Source: Podarcis bocagei (Eukaryota). From it: DNA of 64,000 bases. Under the pieces are notes generated by a model. That model ran no database searches, was not told the origin of the DNA, and saw nothing but the letters and a program-made list of their open reading frames with translations. Where the stretch lies: NCBI GenBank assembly GCA_964188305.1, contig OZ076886.1. One strand, written 5' to 3'. Shown piece by piece: positions 36,201 through 50,733 of the stretch (the first letter of the stretch is position 1; each line of letters opens with the position of its first letter). The position numbers and the translations under genes were made by a program.

Positions 36201-39200
36201 AAGGAGGGACCGACGATCCCTCTTTGTGCCAGAATGTTCCTGTGCTAGGAACATACCACTAAGAAAATTACTATATAGGATCCTCGGCTTCTCATGGCAA
36301 GCAGCACCCGCATGTTGTATGATGTATCAAAGTGGGCACTTGCCAGATCTGCCCACCTTTCTCAGCCTTCAAAATAATAATAATAAAGTTACTAGCCTAG
36401 AAACATTCTTATTAGTCTGTCATTTCATAATTTGCCTCCATGGCCAAACATTAAAAACAAAGAGCCTTTCAGTTTCCCTGACAGGCTGAGGTAATTTTTA
36501 CCCGCCAAAGATAACCAGGGTAAGGGATAGCAATACAGGTGGTCTCTGAAGCGTTAGAGTGGCAGTTGGCAGCCACAGCTGCCTAGGCCTCAGCACTGGG
36601 TCAAGAAGTGCAGGGAGGACCACCGAGTTTTGGACTGGCTTCCAGATTAGCAGTGGGGCCCCCTGAGGACTCGGCACCATCAGGCACTTACTGACAGGAG
36701 CCAATTTAAAGTAGGTAATAGTTTCAGATTCAGTTCAAATTTCAGCCACTATATTTTAGCGGGGTGTGTTTGTGTGTGAAGATTTCAAGCGGCAAAGCTG
36801 GAGTCAGAATACTGAAACAAAATAGACAGCAGCTTCTCCAAAAGAATGTGGCGTTATCTAAAGGAAAAAAAACTGCTGTTAGCATGGAGTGAAGACAACC
36901 AAAGCTTAAAGTAAAATGACAGGGATCAAGGAATGGAGAGAAAAAAGCCTGCATAGGAGGGGGAATGAAGGCCAATTATAATATACAATTAAAGGGGGTG
37001 GGAGGGAATTCCTCACCTAAATTAACTGGCCTAAAGGTGACACCTAGATTGTCACTTCTTTTCACTGCACTGGGGAGGCTTTTCATGCAAATCCAAGGAA
37101 ACGATTTCTCCATTCCCTCCGAGAGCCCCAGGAGGGCCCATTTCATTTCAGGAGCAGTAGGGGACAATAATCATCCTGAAGTGGCTTCCATCCTGAGAGA
37201 CCAAGATAAGGGCTGCACGGTGGACGAACCATACTAATTTGCCGGTGGCCCCCCCCTCCATTTGACAGCTTTTCAGATGACAAAACCAAGCAACATAAAA
37301 GGACTGTAAACTCTGTAGTGCCCACCCAACCCCCCTCAGTGTTTATTCCCCCTCCCAAGCAATAGAAAACCCTGGGAGCACCAAATCCATAGTCCTCGGT
37401 AGTAGTTATAAAGGCACACGGGAGATATTAAAATTAATGGGCTTAGTGTAGCTGAAAGCATGCTTGATTTATAGGGGAAGCTGCCAGAGAATAACATTGT
37501 GAGCAGCACAGTGACAATGCTTCAGAGGCGCAGAAGAACCGCCAGAACAGCTTTCTTTTTAAGAAAGAAGATTCCGTGCAAAGCAGACCTCATTTCAGGG
37601 ATGGGCTTCAGGGGCCATTCGTTCCCAATTGGGTTGATGCTTTGCTCCGACTTGTACATCTGACTCGCATTCCCACACATTAATTCATTGCCCAGTATGG
37701 ACATTCAGATCAACAAATGGAACATGGTTCATCTTTCCACCAGCTGATGATTATCAGCTTGTGGTGACACAGAAGCAGGCCTTTTCACTGGTGGCACTGG
37801 TGTTGTTCAATGCCCTCCCTGCTGAAATACGGGGAAGTCCCATCTGTATGGGCATTCCGCTGGCTCTTGTAGATGTACCACTTTATGCAGGTCATACCTT
37901 GATCTCTTGATCCAAGTCTCCTGTTTTATTCCCGGTGCTCTGTTGGGATTATTTTATTGCATGTTTTTTATTATGGGCATTTATAACTTAATAAAGTTGT
38001 GCCATTGGTTTTTAAATTTTGTAAACTGCTTAGAAGTCTATTTTAGCATTAGCGGTATACGATTATTAATGATAAAAAATCCTGGGCTTAAAAGAACCTG
38101 GTGTTCTGAGGAGCTGTGCCATCAGTGGGCCAGGATTCATTGCCTGGGTAATGAAAAGGGAGATACTCATGAACAGAGAGTTGGTTTTTGGTTTAAATAG
38201 AGCTGACAGTAGGTTACTTTGGCTCTATCCTGAGAGAGGAAGAGTAATCTTCTGACTGGAAACCAGATAAAATGTGTAGTTCCACCTCATTGCAATTGCC
38301 CAGCAAGAGACTAAATATATTGAACTTGCTGTCAATAAGGGTTTCTTATTGCATTTCTTCTTTGCATAAGATTGATCAGTGAATGGTTGTGAGGTTTGCC
38401 TTACCTTAAAGCAGAGGTGGGCAACCTGAGGACCTCCAGATCTTGTTGGATTTCCACTACCAGAGGCCATGCTTGCTGTGGTGGATGGAAGCTGGAGTCT
38501 CACAACATCGGCCAGGGAGAGCGGAGAGCCAGTTTCCCCACCACTACCCTCTTGGCATTGCCAACAACATCTCCTTGTTGGGAGTCAGGAGATACTGTGC
38601 TTTGGATTAAGAGCCCTGCTGGAACAGACCAAAGGTCCATTTAGTCCAGCATCCTTTTTCACAGTGGCCAACCAGATGCCTCTGGGAAGCCTGCAAGCAG
38701 GGCATGAGTACAAGTCTCTGCTTGGGTTTCCCAGCAACTGTTACTCAGAGGCATGCAGTCTTCAAAAGTGGAGGCAAAGCTCAGCCATCATGGCTAGTAG
38801 CCATTTCTAGCTTTATCCTTTATTAAATCTATCCAAGCCATTGGCCATCACTGGATCTTGTGGCACATTAGATAGACCGATAGATGGCATGGAAAGGACT
38901 GATAAATGGATCAACATAAGAAATTTCATACTGGGCATATGTCTCATTTATTTAGTCCAGTGCTATGTATCCATAGGAGTCAAGTAAATAGCCCTAGTAC
39001 ACTTACAATCAGTAAGTCACATTGAACTCAATGGGTCTCACTTCTGAGTAGACATGTAGAGGAGGATCACACCGTTAAAGCAAGTTAGAAGAAACAGTGC
39101 TGGGTCAAAGTCATCACTGAACTGAATTTAAAACTGGTCTGACTTTTTTTTCTTTTTTGCCAACCAGTAGAATATCTTTTGTAATTTTATTGGGAGAAAT

Positions 39201-42200
39201 GGCAGCTTATTATGTGGTCTAGAAGAATAAAATGGGAAAGAATAGTTATCACACTGGCAGAAAGTTGACATATATTCATGGAAATACAATTTCCCCATGG
39301 GCCTTGCAAATCAAACGTAGTTATTTAGAAGAGGGTAGGGCTCCTCTCTACTTTAGCTTCCAAAATTGCTGGTGGCTGCAAGGAATCCGAATTTCTGAAG
39401 ACTTCTTAGGGTCATGCTTTAAGGCTGAAAGATTTAGTTTTCTTAAGGATTTTACACTTCTCTCACCGTTCTTATCTAAGGCATTCAAGAGAAATTGTCA
39501 GGCGTGATTCTGCAGGTGATACTCCTGAATACTGTAATCCCCTCTGACTTGAGGCCTGGAATTAACTGGCCTGGAATAAAAACAAGCTTCTTGTCACTGA
39601 TCTGGCTGTACCACCAAATTCCTAGAGTGAGGCTTAATCTGCTCTGCAACAACACCGGTAGTTTAATAGTGAAAGACATGAACTGTTTAGGAGGTCACCA
39701 CTCAACTGTAGCAACTTGGCTGCGATAGACACAAATTCCTCCTTTTCCTCTTATCACTGGGAAAGCTAAGAGGCCCCAATGCAAATGCAGTCTTCTGGTA
39801 AACATTTCACATGCCTAAAGCATTAGAGAGAGAGTGCATGGTTTTAATAGTTTCAGGTATGGGGGTTAATGCCAGAGTGAATAAAAATGGAGGTCTTTGT
39901 ACAGGGGTGGCCCTGTGATGAGGCAGATATCTTGGGCAGCAGATGCTGAGGTGCAGGGAGTAGCAAGATATGTGAGTGCTCTGTGAGCTGCCCTGTGGTT
40001 CCTACGGTAGACTGCAGCCCTCAAGTGAAAGATACTGTCCTTTCACCAGTATTGGAGTTAAGAACCAACTACTGATCCAATTGGCTTCTTAGTGCCTTGG
40101 AGGAGGGCGCCATCTTGTTCTTTGCCTTAGGCAGCAAAATGTTTTGAGCTGGTCCTATCTTTGCACCACAGTGCCACAGGTATCTTTGCTTGCAATTATA
40201 ATATATTTTTCTTGACACTGGACTGCAATCGTGGAATACTTACTCAGACATCCATGTCCTGATTACAGATGGGTGCATATGTCAATTTCCCCCCATTTCT
40301 CATTTTCCCCCACTCTTATATTTGGTTCTCCGCATTTCCACATCAGGTTGAAATAATAATTAAAAAATCATTGTGAAAATTCACAAGCATTTTGGTGTGA
40401 ATTTCTCTTAACATACACATGTTTGTATGCAATTTTGTGTAGCATATAACTTTTTGCAAAGCAATTCCCCCCAAAGGCTTTCTGTATGCTATTTTAACAC
40501 ACACACACACGCACACACACAGATTTATATGCATATTTTACCCTAGTATGTGCATTTTTGTTTAAATTGCATGGCTGAAGAGCTGCACTGCAAAATTCAG
40601 ATAAGTGCAAATTTTCAAAAGGTGGTCTGTGTGAATTGAGTTAAGTTTGCAATTGAATGCAAACAGGATTGAATTTCTCCCACATCCTTGGTTCCAATTA
40701 GTTCTGCTCTCAGGATAGCACTTACCATAAAGCCTGATAAGCAGGGTTTTTATTAGGAATAGCAACAGGTAAATACAGCCGAACATGACAGCAAAAAGTG
40801 GGAGCAGCTAACCGTCTTCCATACTACATAGAACGTTGACCTAAAGCTGAGAAACCATACAACTTTGTCTGTCTCTCATGCCCATGGTGGAGGAGACAAT
40901 GAATACTTGATCGGTGAGTGCCTCGGGTAGACAACAATTTTAATCACCAGAATAGAGCTTTGTCCACTGAAGTGATGGGGGCTGAGACAAGACTAGAGCC
41001 AGGGATGCTGGTGGTCATGGCAACCCTTGTATTTAAAAAGCTGATTCCCAACATTCTGTTAGCTCTAGAATGAAAGAGGCAGAGCTCAGGAGAGGGCTAT
41101 GGAATTTGGGGAAAGCTGTCTACGACCAAGAGAGGGGGAAAGCATGCTTGACTGCCCCCTCAGTGATATCCACAAGTGCCTTCTCTGATTTCCCCCCTAT
41201 AAGTGAATGATGGCATTCACCCCAGTGAGCAAATTAGTTTGTCCTTGTTGTAAAAAGGAGAAGACCTATGTCATAATCCATAATACTGGGTTTCCTGGAT
41301 TTTTTTAATATCTACCCACCCACTCACATACCTGGGATCCTTGAAACAGACAAATCCTCTCTTATTGCATGATTCAACTTCATTGTGATTTGCATTTTCC
41401 TGGTTGATAAAGAAAAGCAAATAATGGCAAGCAGCTCTAGGCAATAAGGGGCTTTACCAGATGAATGTGCTTAATTGGCAAAATGAAAGGATTTGCTCCT
41501 TTTCTGAAAGCACACTTCTAAGGCCTGAACCTTAGTATGCCATCCTTAGTACGTCACATAGGCAGGGGTTTCATCACAAAGGGATGTGTTGGTGAATACC
41601 TCTAGTCAAGACAAGGAGAGTCTACATTATGAAGTAGAAAAGCATATAATCCTGTATGCTGCTGGCATGAAATTTAAAACAAATATCTTAAGCTACGTGC
41701 CTTTAAGGAAACCACATTTCAGTACAGTACAGCCCTGAGCAGCTTGTTACTCCCCCACTAGTGATTAGTGCTTGACCAATTTCTTTTCATAGGAGCAGTT
41801 CAGCATATGCTCCCATAAATCCTATTAGGGTAGCCTCAAACTGCACAGATAGAAACACAGTTTGTGTGTTTTACACAGTTCCAGTGGCAGTATATGCTAC
41901 AGGGGTCCCTGTTCACTCTTTTGGAATGGATCTACCCTGACTATGATTCAAAGGCTTCCCCTAGGCAGATCTTTCTCACCAGAGACTCTTGCAAAGTGAC
42001 AAGAAAAAGAGGATCATGGGTTCTTAAAATTCTTTTCAGAAGAGGTTGTGTTAATCTCCTGTGATGGCAAGCTGGATTCCAAACACAGATAGCATGAACT
42101 ATGCATGTCTGTAGACCAGAATATATAGCACTGAAAATTATGTTTAAAGGAGAGAGAGCAGAAAGGAGAGGAGTTCTTGTGATTACTGGATATGACATTT

Positions 42201-45200
42201 ACTCAGCCATTCTACTCACTTCCCTTATCTCCTTTGCAAACCTTGTACCTGCACACAGACACTCTTCACACTCCTACATCCTCTCTGGTTGCATTCTTCA
42301 CCCTGGGTGACTTTTATCTGAGCAGTTTTGCTATCTACGAGAATCCTAATAAATCTTTAATCTACAGCCTTCATTAGAACCAACCATCTACTGCTCTAGT
42401 GTTGATCCCCCAGCCCCTGCAATCGATAACACAATTATATATGCTTCTGATAAATCTTCGTAAAACAAATTAGAATACATAGGATCATGAACATATTTTT
42501 TAACTTCTGTCATTGCTGGCACAAACAACCACATTTCTCAGTATGGCTCAGTGGGCAAAAATGGATGCTCAAGTTTCCATGGTGCCTTGAGGCGATCTTT
42601 AGGAAGCAACCCTGCTTGTTAAAGGTCTCAGTGTTAGCTTATTACAAACTTTGGACATGCATCAAGGCTTAGCCTTCTGCACCCTCCCTGACTGCATTCT
42701 TCTTCAGTGTCTGCATTCTGGCCCTTCCTTCCCATTCCACATCAGGGCTATGAACATAAGCTGCAAAGGCCACCGTGCTTCTCCCCTCGCCCTCCCTCCA
42801 CTACCTAGTGAAACCCATGCTACACGCTACATGCTTTCTAACAATTGCAATGCACAGTTATAATGAATCAAGTGGGTATTAGAAGTTGAGATTAACAGGG
42901 TGCTGTTGTGTAATAAGTGTGTGGGAGAACAGGAGATTGTGAGGAAGGGCAGGAAGGTTTAAAGAGTGAAGAAATCACTTTGGCACAGGTCAGTCACTCA
43001 CCTGCAGCTTTGTAGCCTTCACTAAATAGCAGGGCCTACAGGTGTAGCTTCTGCTGAGACTTAAACTAGTCTAATCCAGCCTTCAGCAACCTGATGTCCT
43101 CCAGGTGTTGTTGGACTACAACCCCCATCAGCCCAGCCAGCTGTACTCCCTAGGACTGCCAGGAGTTATCTGGAGGGCACCAGGTTGGTGAAGCCTGGTC
43201 TAATTCAAATATTGCATCTGAACCAATGGATGTGTTTCCAAAAGATGGATCCTGGATTCACCCCTTTGTTGCCTTCCTGTTACCTGTTTGCTACCTAGTC
43301 TTTACCTTTGCTGCTGCTGAAATTTTGATACCCCTTGGGAGGAATTAAACGTAGCACTATGGCAACCTGTTCAGATTGCCAGCCACAGCGATTTCCTCTC
43401 TCCTTCCCTTGTGTGCTGTTCTGGGGGATTCTACTGATCCGGCTGAATCAGTCGGGTGGGGGGAGCACATAGGGGGAAGGGTGGGTGGGAAAGCCTTTTT
43501 GTGATAGCAGGCACCCTTGTGCTGGCTTCCATTAGCAGGGCTTGTTAGTTGAATCCAACCCCTTGTATTTAGGCACTGAATTCCAGAAATCCCAAACACA
43601 CCACATTTTGTGATGTTAGTACAACAGGAACACACATAATTGGGATTGTGGACTTTGTGATCGGTTCTATAATTTTTTAAATAATTTTCTTGCAAAGGAG
43701 AAATGCATTTTTTCTATGATTTGGGACTGTCAGGATTGACGAGGGCACAGTCTGAAGAGATGTATAGTGTCAATCAGATGGTTTCAAATGGTTTTGGGTA
43801 AACTGATTATCCAGTAGAGAGTGTTTGTTGCTTCCCTGTATGTCTGTAATAAAGTTTTCTTCATAAAATGTTGGATATCCCAGAGCCAACCCAAAGCATA
43901 TTGCTGTCTGGAGTGGAGTCCAGATGGTGCTTTCCTTTGTCATACTCAGGGTAGACCTACCGAAATGGGACTCGCATTGGATATCACCCATAGACTTCAT
44001 AAGGACCTCATTGTTGGATCAATATCCCTTACACTATATTCAGTAGTTGGCTAACCATCTAAGTGAGTGACATGATATTTCTCCTGCACTCTTGAATGAT
44101 CACTCCCCCCAGCCCGATAAATAAGGTATTCTATCCAATCGCTACAGCAGACTGTTATTCCACAGGTAATTCTGCAGTCTCTATTAACAGAGATGCAAGC
44201 ATGAATTCTAAAACACTTTCACCCAAATTCACACTGTGGAACGAAACTCTGGCAAACCCAGGAGGAGAGATGTATTTAAGGGGGGGGAATCCCCCTTTCC
44301 TGCTTTGAAATGTCATGTGCTGATCTGTGTAGATGACACCATGACCTTCCTTGCTTCCCTTGCATCCTGACTTTCTCCCACCCAACCCATCCCACCTCCC
44401 CAGCTGCTTTTCAGAAAGTAGGTTAGCAGCATTTGCTGCATGATAGATTGCTAAGAAGAGTCTGAGTCTTTTGAAGTCTCTGTGCATTACGATGAGAATG
44501 ACTCTTGTCGTTCACTTTGAACAGATGCATCGCACTTCCTAGTGGCACTTGGATGATTATACCAGGATGAGATGAAGGCAGGAAAGTACCTGAGAAATAG
44601 CTGAGACCAAATTCTCTTTCATTCAATCCAGTATGTGACTTCCTTTTAGGATTTAGTTATTCTGGGCCAGGCCTGCTGACTCTGTGATCCACCACGCTGA
44701 AGACAGCCCATGTAATATCACTTGTTCTGCTCACCCCAGTTCTCTGAGTGACATTACTTATCCAGGTTTGGTTTGGTTTATTTTGGAAGGAGGTCACAAT
44801 ATAATGAGAGGCGGAGGCACTGTGAACATGCCATGAATTTGGTTTGAATCTTAAAGCCTGTGTTTAGCACAATGGCGACTTGAATGCTGATAAACTAATC
44901 TGGCCAGTTTTTGCCAGGGCCCTAAACACTTAAAAGATTTGGGTGCCCCCATATATATCTAATTCAAAATAGAAACAATAATAAACAGTAAAATATAATT
45001 TTGTTTTTCGAAATGAAACAAAACTTACTTTTTCCTAATTGCAAAGTCTTTGACCAGATCCTCATTGCTAATCTTACGTAATACATCTGCTTCTATTCTT
45101 AGTAAAAATTAGGCATCCAGTCCGCCTTGCTGCATAGTTGTTGTGTTGGGATTTTTAATATACTTCAAATGAGAAAATGAGCACAATGAGCAATTTGTGA

Positions 45201-48200
45201 CCATTAATGTTAGAAATCCAGCAATGGGAAAATTCTGTGGTGCCCCCTTCCCTTGATGCCCTAATTATGTGCTTGTTCTGCTTCACGTGTAATCCAGCTC
45301 TGGTCTTCACTCAGTGGCCAACCCAGTCATTACCACAAAGGCCACTGCTGTATGTCCAGAGATGGGAAAATGTTGCTCCATCTGGAGGAGGAAGAGGAGG
45401 CAGCTGCAGTAACAGCTGACCAGCAATTTACAGAGGTGCTAAAGAATGATGTTAACATGAAAATCGAGTTCATACCACATCCAAATCACAGCAAGCTCTG
45501 TTTCTATTATGTGTGTCTTCAGTGCATGGTGGCTCACCATGGTTCAGTCCTATTTTTTCTCTCTGCTTGTCTGCAATGACAAAAACAGGAGAGCTGCCAA
45601 GCATTCTACAGCCATCAAACTGGTATCAGGGATGGTGCATGGCAAGGCTGGCCCAAGACATTTTGGCACCTGAGGTGAACCACAGAATGGTGCAGCTCCC
45701 CACAAGGGAAGCTGGCAGGGGGAAGAGTGAAGAACTTCATTGGGTACAAGGGTAGGAGGAGACCAGCAGCACCTCTCATTCGCCCAGAGGCTGCTGTAGA
45801 GGAGGCATTTGGAGGAGCTACCAAAGAAGCAGTAGATCTGTTGCTGCTACTGCAGCAGCGGCAGCAGGTCTGTCCTTGGCAGCAGGTCTGGTTGGCCTCT
45901 GCTATTTTCTCCTGGGCTCTTGGATACCCCATAAGGAAAAGGGCAGATTCTGTTTACAACCACCACCAGCAACTAGCCTTGCTTTTCTTCTGCTCCGTTT
46001 CTTCAGCCTGCCTTTTTAAAATATTACTTTTGCCTGCCTCTCTTTCTCTCCTTTAGTTCCTGCTTCTTTCTTTCTTTTGCTTTCAGGCTCACTTTTGCCT
46101 CACAGGCCTCCTCAGAAGAAGCTCCCGCCCTCCACACTGTGGAAACTGTACTTGCGGAGGTAACCCAAACCCTTTCCCCCAGAAGAAGACCCAGCTGGCT
46201 GCTCTGATTCCCAGTCCTTTCCCAAGCATGTTGTGACAATGTCCTACAATTCCCCGCCTTAGTGCCAATCTCCCCATATTCCGCCTGCCTCTGCGGTTCC
46301 CTCGTTATCGATAACGAAGTCCTGCCTGCCCAGGGGGCACGGCCAGTGGCTTCTCCTTCTTATTAGTTCCTCCTGCCAAGCCTACTGTGCTCCCTAATGC
46401 TTGAAATGCCATTTTGCTAACATCATTTCTGCCAGCCTGACAGATTGCGTTTCCATGTAAGGCTACACTTAGCCGGCCTGGCTGGGTTCCTGCAGCAGAT
46501 GTGCTGACACATGACTGGGTGAGGTAATGGTCCTGACTGCATTCCCCCAGAAATCCCAGCCGAAGGCAAGCTCTCTTTCCCTGACTTTCCCTGAGATTTC
46601 CCAAAATCAGGAAGGTAACAAAACCAGCTTGTTTCCTCGGTTGTAGCACACAGCAGCGGTGTCCATTATTAAGCAGAGCAGCAGCCAGTAATAAGGCTAT
46701 GTTGGTGTGCTTCAATCAGCACCGCTTCAAACTGTGCAAGTGATTAGGCGATAATTGCAAATCTCCCATTATTGTCTTGGAATCCAGGCATTTTCATTAT
46801 CACACTCTTCTAAGTAATGTGACACTGGCAATAGGGGGTGGTATTCAATGAGATTTTACTCCGAGTAGACCCATCGACATTAATGGACATAATCCATTAA
46901 TTTCAGTGGGTCTGCTCTAAGTAAAGCTTAGCCAAATGCCACCCAGGCTTTATTTATTTTTGGCCACAGCTATACACTTTTTGTCTGGAAATAGCTTCTC
47001 TTAATAAGGGTCCACTGTTCTCTGCGAGTAAAGGCCAATTGTGAGCCCAATGGCACGGTGCTGTGGGTCTTATCAAATAATTGTTTTGATCCTGTGCTGG
47101 CCAGTCCTATGCCAGGTTACTCATCCGTGTGTTTACTGAGTCCAGTGGCGCTTTCTCCCTAGTAAGAGTGTATAGGATTATAGCTTTAGTTTCTAAGTGG
47201 AAATCAATACAAAGCTTCCTCAGTACATGGCTGGAATTTTAAGAGTACTGTATGGAAATAATCGTATTTATAATACTTCTAAGGGCACAAAAAGCCAAGA
47301 TACCAGAAGGCAGATGTATATATTATTTTGGGTGTGGGTATTATTTGAAATGGCAAACTTTTATATTACTGTCTAGAACACATCACTGGATTGAACCTAG
47401 CACTTAGTTATTAGTACTATATATCCAGTAAATCTGGGATAGATACATTAAATTATTATTGCTGTAAAAATGTATATACACAAGGATGCAAGAGCACAAC
47501 AAAGGGTCAAGAAAGGACAGCAGCTTAAAGATCACAGACGAAAAAGAAAAAGAAAAAAACCTACAAGAACAAAGAATAAAGTTACAAGTTTTATATTTCA
47601 AACTTTTAACAAATCATATTATTGCTTAATAAATGCATTGTTCTTATAAACACATTGTGTGTCAAGCCAGACACTACCAGCTTAATCGTCTTGATATCTT
47701 ATTACATTCTCACAGAAGCAGAAAGCCAATCCCTGTCCCTTAAATTACTAATTGTCTTTTAATATAATTCCCTATGGGATCCCAACCAACCAATGCTTCT
47801 TTACTCTTCCTGCATTTTCATCGCCATTGTTAATTTTATTAATCCTGGCTGCTCCTTTATTTTTTTCCTAATCAATTCTATTTGAATTGTTTTTTAATTA
47901 TCTTACCAGTGCCTAGCATGCAATATTTGTGCTGTTGCAAGTATCTGTATTGGGGGTAGTGCAAGTTGAGCAGTTAATGTGCATAATAAGCAACATTTGC
48001 ACACGTTCATCAGCCCTTATGAAGACTATGCACATAATCTGTCTATGAAGAGGGATTTGTGCTCATTTCTCAATCAATGGGCTGTCTACTAGTTCAAGCA
48101 CTCTGGTGCCTGCAATGTTGCCCTATGGACGAAACCAATGCAACAGCTGAACCAGCAGAAACCCGTGCAACAGATTGCACACTCTGTTGTGCCAGTAACT

Positions 48201-48269
48201 TTCTGATGCATTGTCTCATGCAGCACTTCGCCAATGGAAAAGTCAGCACGGCAACACCCAAGGACTCTG

Positions 48270-49010
48270 ATTTTTTTTTTAAAAAAAGATTTTCTTGTTT
48301 TATAGAAGTTTGTGCAATGTCTCTCGTATTTTTCCCATGTTACATTTTTACAAATCAGTTTCATTTGTTGAGACATTAGGGGGAAATAAGGGGTGGAGGG
48401 GTGGGGGAAGATGGGTGGGGGTGGGGGTGGGGTCGGGTAGCGATGTTTCTATTTTGCTTAATGTATGTAGGGTTTGGTGTCAGCGTTGCTTGTGCAGGTT
48501 CTCTGCTGTTCATTTGTGTTTCTTTGGTGGTGAGAGAGGTTGGGGTTGGCCTAGGGTGTGGTTGTTTGCTTGTGATTGGCTATAGTGATCTTTGTTTTCG
48601 TGTGTGAGTGGGGTGGGTGGGTGTTTTGGATCAGGTTAGCCATATTGATTTGTATGCTGTTGGTGGATTATTGTCATTGTCTTGTTGGGTTGTGTATGTG
48701 ATAAAGGGGAGCCATACCGGGGTAAAAGCGTCTTCTTCTGTTTGTCCCTGTGTCATTTTCAGTTTATTGGTTGATTTTACTAGTAGGACTGTTTCCCATA
48801 CTATTTGGTACCATTGGTCCATGCTTACTCCTGACAGGTCTCTCCAGTGTCTGGTTATGGTGTTTCTGGCTGCTGAAAGTAGGTGGGGTATGAGTTTCCT
48901 GAGGACTCTGATGAATGTGATGAGTGGGAAGAAGAGGGCATGGATCAGAACCCACCCACCCAAGCTTTTTCAGCTGGGACTTTCTGTTGAAACTGTGGGA
49001 ATGTTCAGGG
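48270..49010 (-). mobile_element. Degenerate L1-type LINE 3' fragment
   Basis: Minus-strand peptide LLSAARNTITRHWRD...QWYQIVWE...VWLPFITY resembles an ORF2 C-terminus, followed by a 3' UTR and an A-rich tail. Boundaries approximate. Confidence 0.6.
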
Positions 49011-49535
49011 AGGCAGGAGAGGATATATTGTTTAATTATATCCTTCCCAACTTGTGTTAACAAGTTCTACAATATAGCAGAGTAACATTCCCCTTTTTAA
49101 ACTTGCACAGTGGATGTCTTTGCCTGGCTTGTATAAACCTCTAAAATAAGTTTCCTTGGTAATTCCCCTTTATTCCCTCATAAAAAGATAGACAAAACAC
49201 AGTCTTGTATAAAAGTATATAAAATAGTTTACTCACATTCTGTTCACAAATGGATCCCAGAAGGCAGACTTAAGTTACAAAATATATACACCTAGAATCT
49301 ATCTCAGTGTTTCCCAACCGGTGTTCCGCGGCACACTAGTGTGCCGCGAGACATTGCCTGGTGTGCCGCGGGAGGGAGGCGGGCGAGTCGGGAGGTGAGA
49401 GGAGAGGCCGCCCAGCGCGGGGCTCTCGCCGTCTGCCTGCCTGGCTGCCTGCGTGGCGCTGACGTCCCGGGGCTGTAACGTGCCCCACATAGGCACACGC
49501 GGGGCGGCGAGCGAGCTCCCTCCCACATCCCATCG

Positions 49536-49915
49536 CCGGCTCTGCACCAGGCGGTAGAGCTCGGCGAAGTCGCCGCGCTGGAAGGCCAGCAGCGCGCGCG
49601 CCTTGGCCAGGCTCTCGCCCGCCTGCGCCTCCAGGCAGGGCGCCTCGGCGTCAGGCGGCAGCGAGCCCAGGAAGCGGCTCAGCCGGTCGGGGTCGCCCGC
49701 CTGCAGCAGCGCCTCGCACACGCACGAGACCTGCTCCGCTGAGAAGCGCGGCGAGCGTGGAGGATCGGGCGCGGCGGAGGCTAGCCCCGCGCTTGGAGAG
49801 GACGCAGCAGCCGTCGCCAAACCCGATCCTCCTCCTCCTGCTCCGCCGCCGTCCTCTGGCTCTCGGCCGGGAGGAGCCTGCGGCGACAGGGCGGGCGCCG
49901 AAGTTGGCAGAAGTT
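49536..49915 (-). pseudogene. SIX5: Captured SIX5 exon-1 fragment A (first part of the SIX domain)
   Basis: Translates PRFSAEQVSCVCEALLQAGDPDRLSRFLGSLPP...ARALLAFQRGDFAELYRLVQSR, matching recalled SIX5 (RFSPEQVACVCEALLQAG...RLSRFLGALPP...ARALVAFQRGEYAELYRLLESR). Truncated; no homeodomain. Confidence 0.9.
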
Positions 49916-50113
49916 ACGCTACGCCACTGCCTAGGACTCAAGCCGTCACCTGGCTTGTCGTCGTTGCTTTACTTTCCGGGCGGAAAGACAGGAGGGTTGA
50001 TCATCTTGCTGGAGTCTGGGCTGCTTAGCGTCGCCCCAGGAAAAGTTTGCTCGGGAGGAGGGGAGCCGCGCGGAATTCAAGCGCGCGCGCTTCCGTGCCT
50101 CGCGCAGCGCAAC

Positions 50114-50126
50114 TTTGCGCGGGAAA
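50114..50126. promoter_or_regulatory. E2F binding site in the captured E2F5 upstream region
   Basis: TTTGCGCGGGAAA contains the canonical TTTCCCGC on the minus strand, ~420 bp upstream of the E2F5 ATG. Confidence 0.55.
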
Positions 50127-50541
50127 TGTCCCCGAGTGAGTGAAAACACCACTGCCGGGCACTTCGAAGGCCCCTTTTTCACCCTCCCCGCCCCGTTTGC
50201 TGCTTCGTTTCCCCCCGGGGGCGAGAGAGGGGCGCAACCACCCCGCAACTCTCTCCCCTCAGGCTCCACCTTCTCGGGAAAGGAGCAGCTGCCCCCTTTC
50301 CTCTGGCTCTTCCCTACACAAAACTTTGTCTCCCGGCAACTGCGCGGGCGGCGTCACTTCCTCTCCCTGCAGGCCAGCCGGCGGTGGGCGAGAAAAGGAC
50401 GAGGGCTCGCTCTTGTGTCTCCGCGGGGCAGCTGCTCCGCGCGGGGACCAGCCGGGCTCCCTCGCGGCCGGAGGAAGGGCAAGCCCGGGGGGGAGAGGGC
50501 CACGTGGGGCCGCCGGAGGAGGTGGGTGGGGGGGATGCAGC

Positions 50542-50733
50542 ATGGCCGCGGTGGCGCTGCCCGAGTCGGTTTCCAGTAGCCATGGCGGCGGCGTGGGGAG
50601 CCTGGAAGGCGGTGCGGGCACCGGGGGCGCCAGCAGCAACAGCAGCCGGCATGAGAAGAGCCTGGGGCTGCTCACCACCAAGTTCGTGTCCCTCCTGCAG
50701 GAGGCCAAGGACGGCGTGCTCGACCTGAAAGCG
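50542..50733 (+). pseudogene. E2F5: Captured E2F5 coding exon 1, with upstream promoter/5' UTR and downstream intron-1 start
   Basis: MAAVALP...[31 protein letters not shown], followed by the donor GCG|GTGAGG at 50734. SSRHEK and LDLKA fit E2F5 rather than E2F4 (PSRHEK, LDLKL). No exon 2 seen in the window. Confidence 0.88.
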
